Counted from the stretch's first letter, positions 29,150-37,085 are shown. The stretch: 64,000 nucleotides of DNA from Acidimicrobiales bacterium (GCA_029246685.1 JAQWMR010000013.1:192181-256180); one strand, 5' to 3'. Numbers and translations are program-made. The notes: generated by a model from the letters alone, not told the origin.

Positions 29150-29638
29150 TCAGCTATCGATCGCCGCCGGCTTGGCCAGACCCTCGACGACCTCGGCTCC
29201 GGCGAGCGCGGCGAGCGTCCGTGGCGGAAACAGGACCTTGCGGTCGCGGCTACCACCACCCACGATCAGCCGGTCCCGGTCCATGACTGCTGCGTCGATC
29301 AAGATCGGGATGTCGGTGGGCAGACCGAACGGAGTCACTCCGCCGATCTCCATGCCTCCGGATCGCTCGACGGTCTCGTCTCCCCCGGCGAACGACGCCT
29401 TGCGGGTGCCCAACCGCTTACGGACCACTCCGTTGACATCCAGCCGGGTGGTCGCAAGAACCACGCAACACGCGATCGGCCGGTCGTCCGACTTGCCGAC
29501 GACGAGGATCGCGTTCGCCGAGTCCTCGGCCTTGTAGCCGTAGGCCTCACAGAACGCTGCGGTGTCAGCGAGTTCAGGGTCGCAGGGCACGATCTCGTGA
29601 TCGAGACCGGCGAGTGCATCGAGAACAGGATCAGACAT
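29150..29638 (-). CDS. YbaK/ProX-type aminoacyl-tRNA editing-domain protein
   Basis: ORF trimmed to ATG 29638. KSDDRPIACCVVL, GMEIGGVTPFG and LIVGGGSRDRK match the YbaK fold pattern. Confidence 0.7.
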   Translation of the reverse strand: MSDPVLDALAGLDHEIVPCDPELADTAAFCEAYGYKAEDSANAILVVGKSDDRPIACCVVLATTRLDVNGVVRKRLGTRKASFAGGDETVERSGGMEIGGVTPFGLPTDIPILIDAAVMDRDRLIVGGGSRDRKVLFPPRTLAALAGAEVVEGLAKPAAIDS

Positions 29639-29694
29639 CCCGCGAGTCTCCCCGATCTGCGTCGAGTCACGCGTGCTCAGCCCGCGCAACTTGG

Positions 29695-32532
29695 TTAAGA
29701 AGGCTGGGGGGTGCCGAGGTGATACATCGGAGCGGCGGGCTTCAGGGGGCGGGCGTACCAGAGCGGGCGGCGCAGGCCGCCGGGGCCGGGGGCGGGGCGC
29801 GTCTTGCTCAACCAGTCCAGGTAGGCCTCGCGGGACTTTGCTGTGTCGACGACGACATCGCCGTACTGATCGCCGCCCTCCGCGGGCGTGACCGTCACGC
29901 GTTGGTGCCAGCACTGCATGCCGGAGATGGGGTCTGGCTGCACGGAGAACGTCAGGTTCTGATGCACGCCGGTGTCGTTCCACCAGATGCGGTTCGAGTC
30001 CGGATCATCCGAGACGAACTTCCGAATGCCGTCGGTACGGCTGAGCTTCCAGGTGCCGTCGGACTGCTTGTCGATGGTGGCCTTGCCGGTACCCCATGAC
30101 CGCGCCTTGTCTTCTTCGATGCGCCAGCGGCCCATGTGGTGCGACGCGGCGACGACGCCGGGGCGAATTCCCTCCGTGCGCCATGCCTGGATGACGAAGT
30201 GGCCGATGCGAGTCGAGATGCGGACGAGTCCGTTCTCTTCGATCCCGAGCACCTCGGCGTCGCTCGGATGAATCCACAGCGGGTGTCGGTGGCTGATCTC
30301 GTTGAGCCACTTGGAGTTGGCCGAGCGCGTATGGATCAGCGTCGGAATCCGGAAGGTCGGGAGCAGGATGCGCTCCCCCGCTTCCATGTCCAGGTCCTCG
30401 TGATGCACGTGCGACGGGATCCAGGTGGGGGCCGCGTACTCCGGCCAACCCCAGTCCTTCAGCGTGGTCGAGAAGAGCTCCAGCTTCTTCGACGGCGTCG
30501 GGAAGCCCTCCTTGATCTCACCGTCGATCTCGACAGCAGGTGAGCCCTCGCCGAGGTCAGCCAGCGCGATCTCGTCGAGTCCCTCGGCCGTGCCGTCCCA
30601 GGTGGCGATCGTGCCGGGCTTTCGGAAGACACCGTCGTCGCCCTTTACACAATCGGTGACCTCGTCGGGCAAAACGATGCGTTCGTATGGCGTAATCATG
30701 TCGCCCGGCACGGCATACGATCCGACGTCGCGCATGAACTCGAGCGGGGTCTTGCCCGCCGCCGCGGCGTCCTCGGCGAGGCCGGGGACGGACTCGGCGA
30801 ACATCGTGCCGTAGTACTCGTCGACCGTGATCGGCGTGCCAGGTCGCTCGTCGGACTCGAACCATTGACGGATTCCTCGGGACCCGTCGGGGTCGATGTG
30901 CCATGAGAGGTCGATCCAGAACTCGTTCTCTTCCCACACCTCACCCGGATTGAACTCGTGGGTTCGGGTCTCGTGGTCGAGCTCCGCTCCGCGGATCTCG
31001 GCATAGCGCCGCATGACGGGCTGGCGGAAGCCGATCCAGCGGCCGTTGTGCGTCTCGAAGCTGGCGATGTCGTGACGCTCGGTGCCGATGCCCATCGGGA
31101 GCACGTAGTCCGCGAACCAGGATGTCTCCGACCAGGTCGGCGTGAGGGCGACGTGGCACTTCACCTTCGACTCGTCGGTGAGCGCCTCCATCCACGAGAA
31201 GCCGTCCGGGTTCGTCCAGATCGGGTTGTAGACGCGGCTGAAGTAGACGTCGAGCGTGCCCCGTCCCTCGTTCAGGAAGTGCGGCAGGAGGATCGACATC
31301 TCGTGGTACGAGAGCGGGAACTCCTTCGGCCACGAGAGCTCGTTCCACTCGTTGAGCGCCGGCGCTCCCTTGGGCTGAGCCGGCTTGAACTTGTTCCATC
31401 CGTTGCCGCTCGTTCCGCCGACCGTGGCCACAGAGCCGGTCAGGACGTTCAGGAAGAACAGGCAGCGGGCGGTCTGCCAGCCGCCGAGGTTGCCGGCACC
31501 GGCGGCACGCCAGTTGTGGGATGCGAACTTGGTCGGGTGCGCGCCGATGATCCCGGCGATCTCCCGCAGTTGGTCACCGTCCACGCCGCTGATCTCCTCC
31601 GCGGCGTCGACGGTGTACTCGGCGTAGGCGTCGAGCAGGGCCTGTTCGACGGACTCGAACTCGACCGGAAGGTCGGGCCGGGTCTCCTGGAGATACGTCT
31701 CCCAGTTGGTCCAGCGGCGGACGAAGTCCTTCTCCCATGTGCCGTTCTCGATCAGGAGGCGAGCGATTGCGAGCAGCATGAACGGCTCGGTGCCCGGCCA
31801 CGCCGGCAGCCAGTGGTCGGCTTTCGAGCCCGTGTTCGAGAGACGTGGGTCGACGCAGATGACCGTCGCACCCTTCTGCTGCGCTTCGATGATCCGCTGC
31901 GCGTGCGGGTTGAAGTAGTGGCCGGACTCGAGGTGCGACGAGATGAGGAAGACCACTTCGGCGTTCGCGAAGTCGGACGACGGCCGATCGTGGCCCATCC
32001 AGCTCTGGTAGCCGATCCGGGCGTTGGACGAGCAGATGTTGGTGTGGCTGTTGTGGCCGTCGACGCCCCAGGACTTGAGCACCCGGTCGGCGTAGCCGTC
32101 CTCGCCGGGACGACCGACGTGGTACATGATCCCGTCGCGACGGTCTTCGTCCATCGCGGTGGCGATGCGGTTGCCGATGTCGGTGAGAGCTTCCTCCCAG
32201 GAGACGCGTTCCCACTGGCCGGAGCCGCGCTCACCGACCCGCTTCATCGGGTGGAGCACTCGCTCGGTGTCGTTGACCTGGTTGAGAGTGGCCGGGCCCT
32301 TCGCGCAGTTGCGACCGCGCGACGCGGGGTGCAGCGGGTTGCCCTCGATCTTGTCGATCTCGCCGGTCTCGTGGTTGACGTGGGCGAGAAGGCCACACGC
32401 GGCTTCGCAGTTGAAGCAGGTCGTGGGCACCAACGAGTGGTGCTCTTCGACCTTGTCGGGCCACGCCTTGGCGTTGAGCGACGTGACGTCGTGCCAGTCC
32501 TCGTGGGGTGGGTACTGCTGTAGATCGGTCAT
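29695..32532 (-). CDS. Molybdopterin (bis-MGD) oxidoreductase catalytic subunit, no Tat signal
   Basis: 945 aa. N-terminal FS0 motif CFNCEAACGLL...GRNCAKG, a candidate Cys Mo-ligand segment GHNSHTNICSSNAR, and MopB-like sequence throughout. The N-terminus MTDLQQYPPHEDW lacks a twin-arginine motif. Confidence 0.9.
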   Translation of the reverse strand: MTDLQQYPPHEDWHDVTSLNAKAWPDKVEEHHSLVPTTCFNCEAACGLLAHVNHETGEIDKIEGNPLHPASRGRNCAKGPATLNQVNDTERVLHPMKRVGERGSGQWERVSWEEALTDIGNRIATAMDEDRRDGIMYHVGRPGEDGYADRVLKSWGVDGHNSHTNICSSNARIGYQSWMGHDRPSSDFANAEVVFLISSHLESGHYFNPHAQRIIEAQQKGATVICVDPRLSNTGSKADHWLPAWPGTEPFMLLAIARLLIENGTWEKDFVRRWTNWETYLQETRPDLPVEFESVEQALLDAYAEYTVDAAEEISGVDGDQLREIAGIIGAHPTKFASHNWRAAGAGNLGGWQTARCLFFLNVLTGSVATVGGTSGNGWNKFKPAQPKGAPALNEWNELSWPKEFPLSYHEMSILLPHFLNEGRGTLDVYFSRVYNPIWTNPDGFSWMEALTDESKVKCHVALTPTWSETSWFADYVLPMGIGTERHDIASFETHNGRWIGFRQPVMRRYAEIRGAELDHETRTHEFNPGEVWEENEFWIDLSWHIDPDGSRGIRQWFESDERPGTPITVDEYYGTMFAESVPGLAEDAAAAGKTPLEFMRDVGSYAVPGDMITPYERIVLPDEVTDCVKGDDGVFRKPGTIATWDGTAEGLDEIALADLGEGSPAVEIDGEIKEGFPTPSKKLELFSTTLKDWGWPEYAAPTWIPSHVHHEDLDMEAGERILLPTFRIPTLIHTRSANSKWLNEISHRHPLWIHPSDAEVLGIEENGLVRISTRIGHFVIQAWRTEGIRPGVVAASHHMGRWRIEEDKARSWGTGKATIDKQSDGTWKLSRTDGIRKFVSDDPDSNRIWWNDTGVHQNLTFSVQPDPISGMQCWHQRVTVTPAEGGDQYGDVVVDTAKSREAYLDWLSKTRPAPGPGGLRRPLWYARPLKPAAPMYHLGTPQPS

Positions 32533-32540
32533 CGGCGTTC

Positions 32541-34142
32541 CTAGGAGAGCGGCACGGACTGGCCGGCACGGACGAAGGCGTCTTCATAGGCCCACATACC
32601 GGCGAGCGCCGCGACACCCGCGGCCGCCGGGAGTGCCGGGCCCGTGTCGGCGGCGATCGAAATGGTCAGGATGGCGCCCGGCGTGAGCAGCCCGACGAGC
32701 ATGCCGAACCAGAACCGGTCCTTGTACTTGCCTCTGATCATGTGATGGAGCGCAGCCTCGACATGGGGTGTGCCCTTCGATGTCGCCTCGATCGAGACGA
32801 TCGTCGCGGTGGCGATGGCGCCCGCGAGGAATGTCCAGCGCACCGCATCGACCTCGGGGACAACCATGAAGAGGTCGATGATCGAGTACGTCGCGCCGCC
32901 GGCGGTGACCGCCTGCGCAAGCAACGTCGGGAGCAGCAGCGGCGTCCGCCAGAGGTCACGACCCTCACACTGGCCGAAGAGGAACGCCGTGTAGCCGGCA
33001 GTTGCGGCGGCGAGGATCGCCGTGGGGATTGCGGCCGCCTCGATGATGCCGGGGGAATCCTTGAGGCCTCCCACCCACCAGGCGGCGAGCGCCACGGCGA
33101 ATCCGGCGAGGATGTACGCGCCGCGGACGAGCCACGACTCCCAGCTCCCGCGGGTGATGAGGTAGTGGAAGCGACCCGGCTGCTTTAGGTCGGCCACGAG
33201 CAGCACACCGGTGAGGCCGAGGAATGCACCGGCGACCATCGGTGGGACCACGCCGACGGCGGCCTGTTCGGCGCTGTGGCCCATGAGGACGAGAAGCGCG
33301 GCCACCAACATCACGCCGGCGGCGATCGCCTTGGTGACGAGATAGCCCGACACCTTCTCCTTCCAGGTCATCTGGTGAGAGGTTGTGTAGGCAGTGCGAG
33401 CGACGACGCCGTGACTGTCGGGCGGGACGGTGGGGTGCGCGGGCGTGGTGTCGGCCCAGATCATGCCGTCTTTCGCGATCGCGGTCCGTAGAGGATTGAG
33501 CGATGCCTGATCCGCGCCTCGGTAGTAGACCTTCGGGTTCGTCCCCTGCTCGGGAGCCCGAACGGCTACCGGCTCGCGAGCGATGATGCTGGTGGCGAGG
33601 TTCAGTGGATCGTCGAGATCCGCAACTTTGATCGCATGGGTCGGGCAGACGACGACGCACGAGGGCTCGAGATTCTGTTCGATCCGGTGGTTGCAGAAGT
33701 TGCACTTCTGGGCGGTGTTCGTCGCGGGGTTGATGTACAGCGCGTCGTACGGGCACGCGTTCATGCAGCCTTTGCAGCCGATGCAATTGTCGTCGTTGAA
33801 GTCGACGACACCATTCTCCGCCCGGTACAGCGCGTTCGTCGGGCAGATCGACATGCACGGTGCGTCGTCACACTGGTTGCAACGCATCACCGAGAAGTGA
33901 CGGCTGACGTTCGGGAACGAACCACTCTCGATGTACTTCACCCAGGTGCGGTTCACACCCAGCGGCACGTCGTGTTCGCTCTTGCACGCGACGGTGCACG
34001 CGTGACAGCCGATGCAGGAGTCGCTGTCGAGAAGGAAGCCGAGTCTGGTCACCAAAGGCCTATCGGTCACGCCGGAGCGAAATGTACGGACAAATGAGTG
34101 TAGCCATTGGCTACGTAGCGCGACCGTTAGAGGTCGTGACAA
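32541..34142 (-). CDS. Fusion of 4Fe-4S ferredoxin-type (NrfC/PsrB-like) subunit and NrfD/PsrC-like membrane anchor
   Basis: N-terminal half has four Cys clusters (CIGCHACTVACK, CNQCDDAPCMSICP, CIGCKGCMNACP, CNFCNHR...CVVVCP). C-terminal half has about 8 predicted TM helices. The TTG 34142 start is doubtful, and GTG 34070 (VTDRPLVTRLGFLLD) is more plausible. Confidence 0.85.
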   Translation of the reverse strand: MSRPLTVALRSQWLHSFVRTFRSGVTDRPLVTRLGFLLDSDSCIGCHACTVACKSEHDVPLGVNRTWVKYIESGSFPNVSRHFSVMRCNQCDDAPCMSICPTNALYRAENGVVDFNDDNCIGCKGCMNACPYDALYINPATNTAQKCNFCNHRIEQNLEPSCVVVCPTHAIKVADLDDPLNLATSIIAREPVAVRAPEQGTNPKVYYRGADQASLNPLRTAIAKDGMIWADTTPAHPTVPPDSHGVVARTAYTTSHQMTWKEKVSGYLVTKAIAAGVMLVAALLVLMGHSAEQAAVGVVPPMVAGAFLGLTGVLLVADLKQPGRFHYLITRGSWESWLVRGAYILAGFAVALAAWWVGGLKDSPGIIEAAAIPTAILAAATAGYTAFLFGQCEGRDLWRTPLLLPTLLAQAVTAGGATYSIIDLFMVVPEVDAVRWTFLAGAIATATIVSIEATSKGTPHVEAALHHMIRGKYKDRFWFGMLVGLLTPGAILTISIAADTGPALPAAAGVAALAGMWAYEDAFVRAGQSVPLS

Positions 34143-34161
34143 ATCGGTTAGAGACTCTAAC
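34100..34161. promoter_or_regulatory. Cluster of perfect palindromes in the divergent control region
   Basis: GTAGCCATTGGCTAC (34100-34114), CGACC-n6-GGTCG (34121-34136) and GTTAGAGACTCTAAC (34147-34161). GTTAGAG is also repeated directly 21 bp apart (34126 and 34147). Confidence 0.45.
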
Positions 34162-34199
34162 GCACCGCGAAGCGCCCAGGGAGCACTACCTTTCTGGCG

Positions 34200-35021
34200 A
34201 TGCCGAGCCCCCGTCCGAACCCTTGGGACGCTGCGTTCTTAGCCGTGTCGCTCGCCCGCTACGACCTGGCAGAACTCATCGAACCCGACCGGCATTTCGC
34301 ATGGCTCGATGACCTCGCCACCCTGGGAGTCACCGTGACCGAAGGCGTCCCGAGGGACCGCTCGGGGTTGACGGCGGTGGCGGATCTGATCGGGATCATG
34401 GAATCCAACAACTATGGGATCGACTGGGACATCGTCTCCACTGCCGACCCGTTCAACCAGGTCGACTCTGACCTGCCCCTCCGGGTGCACTCGGACCTTC
34501 CCTACCGACGACTGCCGCCGGGATTCCAGGTGCTGCTGGCCGCTGAGGCCTCAGCCGAGGGTGGCGAGACGCTGTTGGTCGATGGCTACCGGCTGTCGGC
34601 ACGAATTCAGGAGGATGATCCGGATGCCTGGGCGACGCTGACGACGGTGGACCGCGCGTTCAGCTACATCCGGCCGGAGCAGCGCTACATCGGCGGCGGC
34701 CCGATCGTCGGGTTGGACGCAGAGGGCGCGCCCGACGTCATTCGCCATGCGCCGGACCTCGTGCTCCCCGTCCGAGACGGAGACGGTGCCGCCGCCGATC
34801 GCGCGCTCGAGATCTTCGTGTCCACGGCTGCCTCCGCTGAGCTCGAGTTCCGCATCCGGCTCGAACCCGGCCAGGCGCTGACCGTCAACAACCATCGGGT
34901 TCTCCACGGACGTGGTCCGGTGGACCTGGGCACTGGTGAGCGCCGCCTCCTCGGGTGCTATATCGGATCGGACGAGTTCGCGTCCGCTCGACGAGTACTC
35001 GAGCGAGACCTCGGCTCGTGA
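34200..35021 (+). CDS. TauD/TfdA-superfamily Fe(II)/2OG dioxygenase, gamma-butyrobetaine-hydroxylase-like (PhnY*/TmpA-like candidate)
   Basis: HSDLPY (HxD), PPGFQVLLAAEASAEGGETLLVDG, NNHRVLHGR and RLLGCYI. This is a catalytic domain only (273 aa). Confidence 0.8.
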   Translation: MPSPRPNPWDAAFLAVSLARYDLAELIEPDRHFAWLDDLATLGVTVTEGVPRDRSGLTAVADLIGIMESNNYGIDWDIVSTADPFNQVDSDLPLRVHSDLPYRRLPPGFQVLLAAEASAEGGETLLVDGYRLSARIQEDDPDAWATLTTVDRAFSYIRPEQRYIGGGPIVGLDAEGAPDVIRHAPDLVLPVRDGDGAAADRALEIFVSTAASAELEFRIRLEPGQALTVNNHRVLHGRGPVDLGTGERRLLGCYIGSDEFASARRVLERDLGS

Positions 35022-35085
35022 TGGCGGTGGCGTCCTCGATCTGAGATCGTGTGTCGCTCCACCCGGAAACGAAGCGAGAACCCTG

Positions 35086-36213
35086 ATGCCCGGCTTGCGT
35101 CCCGACGTCGATCCCGACGGCCTGCTCGAATACTCCGTCGTCTACACCGACCGCGCGCTCAACCACATGAGCCAGACGTTTCAGCAGGTCATGCGCAATG
35201 TGAGCGGCACTCTCACCGAGGTCTACAACGCGTCGACCGCCACGATCGTCCCTGGCAGCGGCACCTTCGGGATGGAGGCGGTGGCCCGGCAGTTCGCCGC
35301 GGACCAGCACTGCCTCGTCATCCGCAACGGGTTCTTCTCGTTCCGGTGGTCCCAGATCTTCGACACCGGTTCGATTCCGGCCTCCCACACCGTGATTAAG
35401 GCTCGCCGCGCGACGGACGGGGCCACGGAGCCGTTCGCACCGGCACCCATCGCCGAAGTGGTCGCCACCATCCAAGCCGAGAAGCCGGCAGTCGTGTTCG
35501 CCCCTCATGTGGAGACTGCGTCGGGAATGATCCTGCCGGACGACTACCTGCGGTCGGTCGCCGAGGCGACACACGCGGTCGGCGGACTCTTCGTCCTGGA
35601 CTGCATCGCCTCCGGAACGATCTGGGTCGACATGGCCGACATCGGCGTCGACGTTCTCGTCAGTGCGCCGCAAAAGGGCTGGTCAGGGACACCCTTCGGC
35701 GGGCTGATCATGCTCAGCGAGGCGGCCGATGCTCGCCTCGCGGAGACGCAGAGCTCGAGCTTCGCCTGCGATCTCGGCAAGTGGCGTTCGATCATGGCGG
35801 CCTACGAGGGCGGCGGTCACGCCTACCACGCCACCATGCCCACCGATGCGATCACGAGCTTCAGCTCGGTGATGGACGAGACCCGCGAACTCGGGTTCGA
35901 TCGGCTCAAGCAGGCCCAACAGGACCTTGGTGACCGCGTCCGTACCCTGTTAGCGGATCGAGGCATCACATCGGTCGCCGCCGATGGTTTCGGAGCCCCG
36001 GGAGTCGTCGTCTCCTATACGGGGGACCCGGATGTCAAGAACGGCAGCAAGTTCGCCGCGCAAGGGGTCCAGATCGCCGGCGGAGTGCCCCTGATGTGCG
36101 ACGAGGGCGACGACTTCTCGACCTTCCGTCTCGGACTCTTCGGCCTCGACAAGCTGTCAGACGTCGACGCCGCGGTCAGTCGCCTCGCCGCTGCCCTCGA
36201 TCATCTGAGCTAG
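35086..36213 (+). CDS. Class V (AGXT/PhnW-like) pyridoxal-phosphate aminotransferase
   Basis: ORF trimmed to ATG 35086. PGSGTFGMEA, FVLDCIAS and SAPQKGW (PLP Lys). Confidence 0.85.
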   Translation: MPGLRPDVDPDGLLEYSVVYTDRALNHMSQTFQQVMRNVSGTLTEVYNASTATIVPGSGTFGMEAVARQFAADQHCLVIRNGFFSFRWSQIFDTGSIPASHTVIKARRATDGATEPFAPAPIAEVVATIQAEKPAVVFAPHVETASGMILPDDYLRSVAEATHAVGGLFVLDCIASGTIWVDMADIGVDVLVSAPQKGWSGTPFGGLIMLSEAADARLAETQSSSFACDLGKWRSIMAAYEGGGHAYHATMPTDAITSFSSVMDETRELGFDRLKQAQQDLGDRVRTLLADRGITSVAADGFGAPGVVVSYTGDPDVKNGSKFAAQGVQIAGGVPLMCDEGDDFSTFRLGLFGLDKLSDVDAAVSRLAAALDHLS

Positions 36214-36760
36214 GTCATCGCTCGTCCGGACGTCCCCGATGCTGCGGTACACCGTGCAGAGCGTGGCGTTGAGATCGAGGTCTCGGCGCGCGGCGTTGGC
36301 GTCCGCAACCATGATGGTCCTGTACCCCAGGGTCGCAGCGTCTCGAGCAGTGGCCTCGCAGCAGACGTTGGCAACAGTGCCGACTTCTTGCAGACGATGT
36401 CGTCGGCCTCGACCGCCAGGCTAGGCGAGATGCGGGCCCGCGAAGGGCCATCGCCGCCAGACTGTCGGTAGAGCTCCGCGAACGAGGCGCCGAGGAAGTC
36501 GACACGTGCGGGATCGGCGGCGCGTCCGTCGGCACGACCCAGGCAATGACCCCGCCGGCCGCCCGAAGGGTTCCGGCGATCCAGTTGATCGTCGGCACGA
36601 TTCCCGATGCGTACGGATTCTCGTCCACGAAGGACGGCACCATGTCCACGACGACGAGCGCGGTCCGTGTCGCCTCGAGCTGGGCGAACGCGTGCCGACG
36701 TCCCCTTTGGCGTTCGTGCCGTTCGTACTCCCGGTCGTCGATGTGCCAGGTGTGTTTCAC
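36157..36760 (-). pseudogene. Isochorismatase-family hydrolase pseudogene (frameshift plus internal deletion)
   Basis: Family-like sequence is split over three frames. They read ALVVVDMVPSFVDENPY...WVVPTDAPP, then ADPARVDFLGASFAELYRQSGGDGP...EADDIVCKKS, then GTVANVCCEATARDAATLGYRTIMVADANA. About 25 residues expected between KKS and GTVAN are absent. The C-terminal 95 aa of track ORF 36215..36760 are Arg/Ser-rich out-of-frame sequence. Confidence 0.7.
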
Positions 36761-36770
36761 CGGCCGGTCT

Positions 36771-37085
36771 TCAGAGGATCTCGAGGACGCGCTCGGCCGG
36801 GCGTCCGATCACGGCTTTGCCGTTGAGGACGGCAATGGGGCGTTGCATGTCGGCCGGATTGTCGACGAGGTGGGCGACGACTGCTTCGGCGCTCGTCTCG
36901 TCGAGGCTGGCTCGCACCATCTCGGCCGGGTCGCCGCCGACCAAGGCGACGAGGTCGTTGAGCGCGGCCGCGTCCAACGGATTCTCGATGTAGTTGTGGA
37001 TCGTGTAGTCCACGCCACGTTCGTCAAGCAGGGCGACCGCCCCGCGAGCTTTGCTTCAATTGGCGTTGTAGTAGAGCGTCAGCAT
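36771..37085 (-). CDS. arsC: ArsC-family (glutaredoxin-type) arsenate reductase with in-frame TGA at the catalytic Cys position: candidate selenoprotein, alternatively a nonsense pseudogene
   Basis: Minus strand from ATG 37085 reads MLTLYYNAN-TGA(37056-37058)-SKARGAVALLDERGVDYTIHNYIENPLD...MQRPIAVLNGKAVIGRPAERVLEIL. It is colinear with ArsC, with no other lesion and a SECIS-like hairpin downstream. Confidence 0.55.
37028..37045 (-). other. SECIS-like hairpin downstream of the in-frame TGA
   Basis: Minus strand reads GCGGGGC-GGTC-GCCCTGC: a 7-bp stem (one G-U pair) with a GGUC tetraloop. The loop starts 18 nt after the TGA. Confidence 0.45.

Noticed and set aside
30958-32523. 521-aa plus-strand ORF opposite the molybdopterin oxidoreductase
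   Set aside because: It is a shadow ORF antisense to a 945-aa gene with clear MopB motifs.
34071-34199. Moco riboswitch upstream of the molybdoenzyme operon
   Set aside because: The region is dominated by short perfect DNA palindromes typical of protein operators. I see no extended conserved RNA helices.
36215-36760. Treating the 181-aa ORF as an intact isochorismatase-family gene
   Set aside because: Only the first about 85 residues look like the family, and the rest is out-of-frame Arg/Ser-rich text. The conserved catalytic-Cys segment is in another frame, so I call it a pseudogene.
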